From positions 1 through 57,871 of the forward strand of contig JAFGJH010000059.1 of assembly GCA_016929255.1 (NCBI GenBank): a stretch of DNA of 57,871 nt, read 5' to 3'. Of the stretch, positions 8,201 through 15,200 are shown piece by piece. This DNA is from Candidatus Woesearchaeota archaeon (GTDB taxonomy: Archaea > Nanobdellota > Nanobdellia > Woesearchaeales > UBA11576). The notes under the pieces were generated by a model, which was not told the DNA's origin, did no database searches, and saw only the letters and a list, made by a program, of their open reading frames with translations. Made by a program: the position numbers and the translations under genes. Position 1 is the stretch's first letter, and every line of letters begins with the position of its first letter.

Positions 8201-8334
8201 TCAATCACCCAGTCCAAACGATATGCTGACAGGGTTTAAAAAACTTTGCCTCGCCCATTTAAAAGCCTTAAAATGCCTGGCGCACGGAGAGATGCATAGA
8301 AACTTTTATATAAACGGAAAATGACTTCTTCACC

Positions 8335-8895
8335 ATGGAAAAAGAGATGCCCAATTCTGTGAGGAAGGAAATAGTCCGCGTCCTGAAGAAGGCGCAGAGG
8401 AACATAAACAGCGGAGACTCGAAGAAGCTTAAGATACTCAGCGACGCGACAATACACAACGCAAGCGTGTTCCAGGACCCTGACTCCCTTTCAGTGGCAG
8501 TCATAGTATATGCCATATCAAAGCTTCTCGAGAGATGGGGTTTCGAGTCAGAGTACGCAGACCAGGCAAGGAACCTGCTCGGCAGCGCGCAGTTCTCGCT
8601 GGAACAGAACCATCTTGACGAATACCGCGACAAGATGAAGAAGGTGTTCGCTTTCACAGCTTCTGTCGAGAAGGAATTCAAGCTGTACATAGATAAGGTC
8701 ATAGAGAAGGCCAGGGTCAAGAAAGGGAGCAGGCTCTACGAGCGCGGCATAAGCGCGGCAAGGGCGGCCGAGATGCTGGGCGTAGGGCAATGGGAGCTGC
8801 TTAGCTACATAGGCAAGACAAGGATAAATGATGACGCAGCAGTTTCGACTGACGTCGGGCAGAGGCTCAACCTGGCCAGGCAGCTATTTGAGTAG
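8335..8895 (+). CDS. Protein with C-terminal UPF0175-like HTH (antitoxin-like), enlarged
   Basis: 186 aa. The C-terminal GISAARAAEMLGVGQWELLSYIGKTRI resembles the UPF0175/COG2886 motif. The gene sits 15 nt upstream of a PIN-like gene. Confidence 0.45.
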   Translation: MEKEMPNSVRKEIVRVLKKAQRNINSGDSKKLKILSDATIHNASVFQDPDSLSVAVIVYAISKLLERWGFESEYADQARNLLGSAQFSLEQNHLDEYRDKMKKVFAFTASVEKEFKLYIDKVIEKARVKKGSRLYERGISAARAAEMLGVGQWELLSYIGKTRINDDAAVSTDVGQRLNLARQLFE

Positions 8896-8909
8896 CCACA
8901 GAGGACAAG

Positions 8910-9650
8910 ATGAAATCGCTAATATTCGACGCTGGACCTGTAATAAGCCTCACGACCAACAACCTCCTCTGGACACTGGACTGCCTGAAGGAGATGTTCA
9001 AGGGAGAGTTCTATATACCGCGGGCAGTCAAGGCAGAGCTGGTCGACCGACCCCTTGCGTCGAAGAAGTTCAAGTTCGAGGCCCTGCAGGTGGGCTTCAG
9101 GATAAAGAACGGCGTGCTGACCGTGCTGGACGAGCAGAAGATGAGGATGCTCGCAGAAGAGCTCCTTGAGCTTGCCAACCACTCATTCAAGGTCAGGGGC
9201 AACTGGCTGAAGATTGCCCATTACGCAGAGATGGAAGTCCTCGCGGCTGCATCAATCCTCAATGCCTCGGCAGTCGTGATTGACGAGAGGACGACAAAGC
9301 TCCTTATCGAAGACCAGTCAGGGCTTGCCCGGATGCTCGAGAAGAACATGGGTTCGAAGGTATACACTGACCAGGCCAACCTCAACAGGATAAAGAACTG
9401 GACAAGGGGAATCAAGGTCATAAGATCAGTGGAGCTCGTGATGGTGGCGTATGAGAAGGGCATATTCAACAAGTATCTCCCCGACGGAGAGGGCGCAGCA
9501 AGGACTCTTGTCGAGTCATTACTGTGGGGTGTGAAACTCCACGGATGCGCACTGTCCAGGCAGGAGCTCAACGACCTGGTCAGGATTGAGACAGGCAACA
9601 CCCTTAATCCAATAAATGAGGTTTCTCGTCAGGAAAAAGACAATCCTTGA
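8910..9650 (+). CDS. PIN-like nuclease domain protein (DUF3368/COG2405-like), enlarged
   Basis: 246 aa. N-terminal LIFDAGPVISL (first acidic residue), IPRAVKAEL, and AEMEVLAAASILNASAVVIDERTTKLL, matching the GE..A..LA......lliDDr..R pattern. Confidence 0.6.
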   Translation: MKSLIFDAGPVISLTTNNLLWTLDCLKEMFKGEFYIPRAVKAELVDRPLASKKFKFEALQVGFRIKNGVLTVLDEQKMRMLAEELLELANHSFKVRGNWLKIAHYAEMEVLAAASILNASAVVIDERTTKLLIEDQSGLARMLEKNMGSKVYTDQANLNRIKNWTRGIKVIRSVELVMVAYEKGIFNKYLPDGEGAARTLVESLLWGVKLHGCALSRQELNDLVRIETGNTLNPINEVSRQEKDNP

Positions 9651-9738
9651 AGCCTCATCGTCGGCGAAAACAAAACATTTAAATACTAGTATTCGTAAGG
9701 TTTACTGATTCTCATTCGAGAAAAGGAGGTCAAATAAA

Positions 9739-10086
9739 ATGGCGCAAAAAGTTGCAAAAGTAGGTGTCAAGAAACAGGCAGGGTACCTCTACTTCGTCGA
9801 CAGACATGGCGACGTATCCTGTGCAAAGATGGCCCGCGGCAAGGGAAAGAAGGCCGGCGCTGTCAAGAAAGTCGCCAAGGTCGGCGTCAAGAAGAAGGGT
9901 GGTTTCCTCTACTTCATCGACAAGCAGGGTGACATATCCTGTGCGAAGATGGTAAGAGGCGGATCCAAGAGGAAGAAGGCCAAGAAAAAGGTCGCCAAGA
10001 AGAAGGCCAAGAAAAAGGTCGCCAAGAAGAAGGCCAAGAAAAAGGTCGCCAAGAAGAAGGCCAAGAAAAAGGCGAAGAAGAAGTAA
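9739..10086 (+). CDS. Small lysine-rich protein with two 39-aa repeats and an H1-like KKAKKK tail (candidate nucleic-acid-binding protein)
   Basis: 115 aa. Strong SD AAGGAGGT. Repeat VAKVGVKK.(A/G)G(Y/F)LYF(V/I)D..GD(V/I)SCAKM(A/V)RG occurs twice, then (KKVAKKKAKK)n encoded by a 24-nt tandem DNA repeat at about 9967-10075. Confidence 0.65.
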   Translation: MAQKVAKVGVKKQAGYLYFVDRHGDVSCAKMARGKGKKAGAVKKVAKVGVKKKGGFLYFIDKQGDISCAKMVRGGSKRKKAKKKVAKKKAKKKVAKKKAKKKVAKKKAKKKAKKK

Positions 10087-10096
10087 ATACTACTAA

Positions 10097-10124
10097 CTTT
10101 TTTCTTTTTCTTTTTTTCTTTTTA
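10097..10124 (+). terminator. Oligo-T tract (archaeal-type terminator candidate)
   Basis: CTTTTTTCTTTTTCTTTTTTTCTTTTT directly downstream of the stop at 10086. Confidence 0.4.
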
Positions 10125-10150
10125 AAACAACCCATTCTGCCAAAACAAAA

Positions 10151-10160
10151 TTTTATATAA
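10151..10160 (+). promoter_or_regulatory. TATA box for the HerA-like gene
   Basis: TTTTATATAA ends 22 nt before the ATG at 10182 (leaderless geometry). Confidence 0.5.
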
Positions 10161-10181
10161 CACTCAAGATTATCCTATCAT

Positions 10182-11714
10182 ATGATAAAAGGACAGGTGG
10201 TGGGAGGAGAGCTCGGGAAGGTATGCATAAGGCAGAAGGCCGACGCCTGCCTCGAGATAGGCGAGCTCCTTGTAAGCGGCGACGACAGGCAGAAGATACT
10301 CCTCCAGGTGTATGACCTCAACTACGGAAGCCAGATATCACAGCAGAACCTGGAGCTCATATCAGGCATGAAGCTTGAAGACAACACAGACATATCGTTC
10401 TTTGACGGCAATGTGCGCAACTACACCCTTGCCTCGGCGAAGCCCATAGCCATAATACGCGGCACAGATGTCCAGCTATGCAAGCAGCTGCCCCTGTTCT
10501 TCGGCGAGCTCAGGCAGGTCGAAGAGGCAGACCTGGACTTTATGGTCACTCCACCCAACCCTCTGTTCCTCGGCAACCTCAGGTCCGGATCAAAGATGAT
10601 GGATGTGCCGATAAGCATCCCCGGTGACAAGGTATTCTCGCACCATGTGCTCATAACATCGACGACAGGCAGAGGCAAGAGCAACCTCGTCAAGGTCATG
10701 CTCTGGAGCGCAGTCGACAAGGGATATTGCGGAGTTATTGTTCTAGATCCGCACGACGAATACTACGGCAGGAACGGACCAGGGCTGAAGACGCACCCTT
10801 CCTCCGGAAACGTGATATACTATACACCGAGGGACGCTCCGCCAGGAGCAAAGACACTCAAGATAAACCTCAAGCAGGTGAAGCCAGACCATTTCAGGGG
10901 CGCAGTTAACTTCTCCGACGCGCAGGTCCAGGCGATGAGCGCATACTACAAGGAGTACGGCAAGAAATGGGTAGAGGCAGTCGTGCTCGAGAAGCCTCTC
11001 AAGGTAGAGTTCCAGGAAGCCACAGTGGGGGTTCTCAAGAGAAGGCTCATGCACCTGCTTGACCTAGACTTCGACGGGAGCCAGCTATACTGCAACGGCG
11101 TGTTCGACCTCAGCGCAGGAGAGACCACCATAAAGGACATCGCAGGCGAGGCAGAGCAGGCCAAGACAGTCATAATAGACACATCAGGATTCTCAGGAGC
11201 AGTCGAGATAATGATAGGCAGCATGGTCACGACAGAGATATTCAACAGGTACAGGGGCTATAAGGCAAAAGGCCAGTTCGACAGCAGGCCGGTGGTCTCA
11301 ATTGTGCTCGAGGAGGCGCCCCGCGTGCTCGGAAAAGAGGTGCTGGAGTCAGGCGCCAACATATTCAGCACAATCGCCCGCGAGGGAAGGAAGTTCAAAG
11401 TGGGGTTGACAGCCATAACGCAGCTGCCTTCTCTCATACCCCGCGAGGTGCTCGCGAACATTAACACAAAGATAATACTGGGCATAGAGATGAAGCCCGA
11501 ACGTCAGGCCATAATCGAATCAGCATCGCAGGACCTGTCCACAGACGACAGGAACATAGCATCGCTCGACAAGGGAGAGGCGATAGTCACGAGCAACTTC
11601 GTAAAGTTCGCCACGCCCATAAAAGTCCCTCTTTTCACGCAGCATATAAAGAAAAGCCAAAAAGATAATAAACCAGAGAGACATCCGAGCTTCGAGGGAG
11701 TCAGGCTGACCTGA
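10182..11714 (+). CDS. HerA-like ATPase (HerA/FtsK superfamily, DUF87-type) with N-terminal barrel domain
   Basis: 510 aa. Walker [11 protein letters not shown], Walker B-like [30 protein letters not shown] motif. Confidence 0.8.
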   Translation: MIKGQVVGGELGKVCIRQKADACLEIGELLVSGDDRQKILLQVYDLNYGSQISQQNLELISGMKLEDNTDISFFDGNVRNYTLASAKPIAIIRGTDVQLCKQLPLFFGELRQVEEADLDFMVTPPNPLFLGNLRSGSKMMDVPISIPGDKVFSHHVLITSTTGRGKSNLVKVMLWSAVDKGYCGVIVLDPHDEYYGRNGPGLKTHPSSGNVIYYTPRDAPPGAKTLKINLKQVKPDHFRGAVNFSDAQVQAMSAYYKEYGKKWVEAVVLEKPLKVEFQEATVGVLKRRLMHLLDLDFDGSQLYCNGVFDLSAGETTIKDIAGEAEQAKTVIIDTSGFSGAVEIMIGSMVTTEIFNRYRGYKAKGQFDSRPVVSIVLEEAPRVLGKEVLESGANIFSTIAREGRKFKVGLTAITQLPSLIPREVLANINTKIILGIEMKPERQAIIESASQDLSTDDRNIASLDKGEAIVTSNFVKFATPIKVPLFTQHIKKSQKDNKPERHPSFEGVRLT

Positions 11715-11744
11715 CCCTGTCCGAATTCCTTTCCAAAAACAAAG

Positions 11745-12557
11745 GTGATCAAGCTGGGAATATACTCAGAACAAAAGAACTTCAGGAAGAACCTTGAATC
11801 AGCGTTCCCTCTCGCGAAGAGGGCTGCAGGCGAGGCAGGGCAGCTTGATGTCAAGATATTCCTAAAATTCCTGAAAAAGCACAAGCTTTTCGGGGAGTCG
11901 CTGAAGCAGGAGATTGCAGAGATATATGACCTGCTCCACGAGTCATGGGAGCTGGCCGAGGAAATCCGCAATAAGCCTGAGCACGAGAAGGAGTTTGATA
12001 GGCTGAACAAGATAACGTACGAGCTCGAGACCAAGAACACTGACCTGCTGAACAAGCTGGATGCAGGCAAGCATATGATATTGCAGATGGGGAAGAACCT
12101 CAGGATGTTCTACAATGACGAGCTCAAGATACTTTCGCTCCTGAAAGAATTCAATGAAGGACTGCATCGCGAAGGCAAATTGAAGCAGGTGCCCCATGCG
12201 ACCCAGCTGGTCAATGAGGCCACCAATATACAGGGCGCGCTGCACCAGATAAAGCCACTTTTCGAGGCAATAGCCACTGCCTATGAGAAGGACTCGATAG
12301 AGATCGGAAAGATGATAGAGGAAGAGATGAGGAAGGTGGAGTACAAGGTCAGGGGAAATGATGCGCAGCATATAGACTTCAGGAAGATACTTGAGCATGT
12401 CAAGTATGTGGAAGGCCAGATTGACAAGCTCATAGAAAAGGCTGAAAAGGAGCAGAAACTGGCAAATGTCAGCCAGCGAAGTGCCAGGATGATGGAAATA
12501 CTGATAGGCAAGATGCTGGAAAGGGAAGAACAGCAGAGAGAGCGCTTCAGGGCCTGA
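11745..12557 (+). CDS. Hypothetical all-alpha/coiled-coil protein
   Basis: 270-aa ORF (GTG start) 30 nt after the HerA-like gene. Codon usage matches its neighbours. No recognisable motif. Confidence 0.5.
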   Translation: MIKLGIYSEQKNFRKNLESAFPLAKRAAGEAGQLDVKIFLKFLKKHKLFGESLKQEIAEIYDLLHESWELAEEIRNKPEHEKEFDRLNKITYELETKNTDLLNKLDAGKHMILQMGKNLRMFYNDELKILSLLKEFNEGLHREGKLKQVPHATQLVNEATNIQGALHQIKPLFEAIATAYEKDSIEIGKMIEEEMRKVEYKVRGNDAQHIDFRKILEHVKYVEGQIDKLIEKAEKEQKLANVSQRSARMMEILIGKMLEREEQQRERFRA

Positions 12558-12586
12558 AACGCTATTTAATACACTTCTGAACCATA

Positions 12587-12598
12587 ATATTTATATAG
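12587..12598 (+). promoter_or_regulatory. TATA box
   Basis: ATATTTATATAG lies about 26 nt upstream of the ATG at 12624. Confidence 0.45.
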
Positions 12599-12623
12599 TT
12601 TTAATGACTAACTAGTGGTTACT

Positions 12624-13106
12624 ATGGGTGGGATAGACCACATAACAGTCAGGTTCTCGGAAATTGAGCTTGGTGGCAGCGAGCTAGAGCTCTCCCTTGA
12701 GAAAGAGGTGTGGGATTCTGTGGAAGGCACCCCCAACGAACATGTCGAATGGCATGTATATTATGTCCGGGCGTATAAAGCCGGTGAGATGACAGAAGAG
12801 CCTGCAAGGATGAAGGCAGAGATAGGACGTACATTGTACTCACGCGAGACCCTGCCGCCCAGACCCTGCTATACAGAAGGCGACACACAGGTAATCGTAA
12901 ACTTCCTGCTTCTCCTGGCACACCTGAAAGGGAACGGAGCCAGAGCGACAGTATCTTCAGACAGCACAGGTCTTTTCGAATCATTGGGCACTCTCGAAGG
13001 ATTCAGCGCAGACAACATCCTCAATTTGTGCGCAAGCAGGAACCGCCATACATTCACCGGAGTCGGCATGCATAACAGCTATCCGCCGCCACTTACAGAG
13101 CACTGA
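12624..13106 (+). CDS. Hypothetical protein
   Basis: 160-aa ORF from the ATG at 12624 (the track ORF begins at the GTG at 12615). No recognisable motif. Confidence 0.4.
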   Translation: MGGIDHITVRFSEIELGGSELELSLEKEVWDSVEGTPNEHVEWHVYYVRAYKAGEMTEEPARMKAEIGRTLYSRETLPPRPCYTEGDTQVIVNFLLLLAHLKGNGARATVSSDSTGLFESLGTLEGFSADNILNLCASRNRHTFTGVGMHNSYPPPLTEH

Positions 13107-13210
13107 GCCATTTTCTTCTTGAATCTTCCATCAGCCAGGCAAGACTAAAAAACAAAAGCTTAAAATATACCGCTCGGCTGCATCAACCCAATAAACCAAA
13201 GAAGGTGAGC

Positions 13211-14143
13211 ATGTTGATGAGCGAAAGAGGGATGCAAAGAGAATTCGCGGATCTTGAACAGAGCATACTTCTGATTGACCATTCCATGAGCGGCGTCATG
13301 GAACACGCCAGCAAGAGCAGCGACGATGAGACCCTCCGCTTTGCCAGGGCACTGCATTTCTTCTTCAGGAACAGGTCAAAATTCCTGAAGAATCTCGCAT
13401 CCGCGGCAAAGAAAGTCAACCAGCAGGAGCTGATTGATGAGAAGGCTGACCAGGAACTCCTGTCGCTCCTGAATGAAGCGGAAAGCGGCCACAGGTTCTC
13501 TCCGTCCGAAGTGGCGGCGAAACTCGAGAAATCATTCGACCTCTTCAGGCATGTCATGAGGATGCAGGTCATATACCACATATCAGACCAGATAGGCAGG
13601 ACAAGGTTCAATGTAGCAAGGCCGATAAAGATACGGACAGAGCTCCTGGAGAAGATGCGCAGCATCTTCAGTATGACTGGCTTCGAGAGGATGCTGACCT
13701 CTGACAACCGCGCCAGGCTTAGGAACGTATTGACTAAGCTAATTGAGAAACGCTACCCTGACCTCCTCAAGTTCTCAAACGAACTTGACCAGAAGGTCGC
13801 CTACTACAACTTCAGGTTCCAGGAGATGTACAACATACTCTGCACAATGCATATGTTCAAAGAGCCTGAAACAAAGAAAGGGTTCTGGGCAGCAGTCTTC
13901 GGCACCCAAAAAAAGAGCCCGCAGCTGCTCACGTTGACCCCTGCACAGAAGAAGAGCGACATCGAGAGGGTCCGAGTGAGCCTTCACAAGAGGATTGGCG
14001 AACTGCACAGATCATTTGAGGATATCAAGACTGCGCGCGACAGTACCGAGAGGGAGATGCAGCAGATCAAAGAAGACGAGGCAGAGCTGAGAGGCATCTT
14101 TAAAAAATGCTTTATAGGGAGAGATTTGAGGCGTTTAAGGTGA
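13211..14143 (+). CDS. Hypothetical coiled-coil protein
   Basis: About 310-aa ORF. GAAGGTGA precedes ATGs at 13211 and 13217, so the start is ambiguous. No recognisable motif. Confidence 0.5.
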   Translation: MLMSERGMQREFADLEQSILLIDHSMSGVMEHASKSSDDETLRFARALHFFFRNRSKFLKNLASAAKKVNQQELIDEKADQELLSLLNEAESGHRFSPSEVAAKLEKSFDLFRHVMRMQVIYHISDQIGRTRFNVARPIKIRTELLEKMRSIFSMTGFERMLTSDNRARLRNVLTKLIEKRYPDLLKFSNELDQKVAYYNFRFQEMYNILCTMHMFKEPETKKGFWAAVFGTQKKSPQLLTLTPAQKKSDIERVRVSLHKRIGELHRSFEDIKTARDSTEREMQQIKEDEAELRGIFKKCFIGRDLRRLR

Positions 14144-14347
14144 TTCTTGGCTTTTAAACCACCATTTTCTTTTTATCTCTTGAATTTTTTGCTTTTTCTT
14201 CCATTTGGGCGGTTTTAAACCTTTTTTTGTCTAATTTTGCTGTTTAAACGGCTTTTTTTGCTTTGTTTTTTTTGGAAAAAATATATAAACTCGTTATGTT
14301 TTATCACTAAATCGTAATAACAATGTAGGAACGATGTAAGGGCGCTT

Positions 14348-14986
14348 TTGTGTCCTAAATTGCCGGGGGGATGCAGTTTGTTCAGCGGAAGTTCAGCAAG
14401 AAGAATTGAAGAACAGATAGATGAGATCCAGAAGCTCGCAGACATCGAGTTCGTGCTGCGCTTCCACCGCGAGACCATCGGACCCAACGGTCTTGTCGAC
14501 CATCTTTATCTGGACCTTTCAGACAACATAAAGAGCGACCCTGAACGGCCTGCTCTTGTTGAGGCCCTCAGAAAGGCGATCAGATGCGATGAGTTCTATC
14601 AATCGATAGATTACATCGCTTTAGACATCAAAAACCGAAGAACATCAAAAACTGATTTCTACAAGGCAGTCGACTTTGCCGCCACCACTCAAAACAGGCA
14701 TGTTGACGGCCAAAAAACAAAACGGATATTCGTAGCCAGCATCAGTGACGTGACCAGGGTCGCCGGAAAGATCCTGGAGCATGTGGCATACATTGAGAGG
14801 AACGAGTTCCTGCTCCCGATGATAGTAAGCGTAGACGGTCTTGATTACTTCCATAATTCTGCCAAGGACGGCTCTTTTGTTGAACCTCAGTTCAGGCCTT
14901 CATTCTACAGCACATTCTACCGAGAGACGCACGGCTTCAGGGAGTGGGTTGAAGCGACGGCAAGAATGATGAGTTTTTTTCATTAA
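14348..14986 (+). CDS. Hypothetical protein
   Basis: 212-aa ORF with only TTG in-frame starts near the 5' end. TATA AAATATATAAA at about 14279-14290. No recognisable motif. Confidence 0.4.
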   Translation: MCPKLPGGCSLFSGSSARRIEEQIDEIQKLADIEFVLRFHRETIGPNGLVDHLYLDLSDNIKSDPERPALVEALRKAIRCDEFYQSIDYIALDIKNRRTSKTDFYKAVDFAATTQNRHVDGQKTKRIFVASISDVTRVAGKILEHVAYIERNEFLLPMIVSVDGLDYFHNSAKDGSFVEPQFRPSFYSTFYRETHGFREWVEATARMMSFFH

Positions 14987-14994
14987 GACAAGCA

Positions 14995-15155
14995 GGCTCT
15001 GTCCCGAATATCGCTTCGCGGGCCAGCGCCAGGTCCGGCTTAGCAAATAACATACAGAAGGCGCTGCCTCCCGTATGAGCCTGCCCCTGCTACGCGCGGG
15101 CAGCATTAAGAAATAAGCACCACAAAGGGCGCTGACCTCGACTTGGGACAGAGCC
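14995..15155. mobile_element. MITE-like element (161 bp) with perfect 11-bp TIR and 9-bp target-site duplication
   Basis: TIR GGCTCTGTCCC (14995-15005) pairs with GGGACAGAGCC (15145-15155). Direct repeats AGACAAGCA flank it at 14986-14994 and 15156-15164. No ORF inside. Confidence 0.7.
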
Positions 15156-15200
15156 AGACAAGCAGAAACCTATTTAAACAATATCATATGTTCTATCTCC

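Noticed and set aside
9960-10080. Tandem 24-nt DNA repeats considered as a possible CRISPR or minisatellite
   Set aside because: The repeats are directly adjacent with no spacers and lie in frame inside a CDS encoding the KKAKKKVA tail. There are no cas genes.
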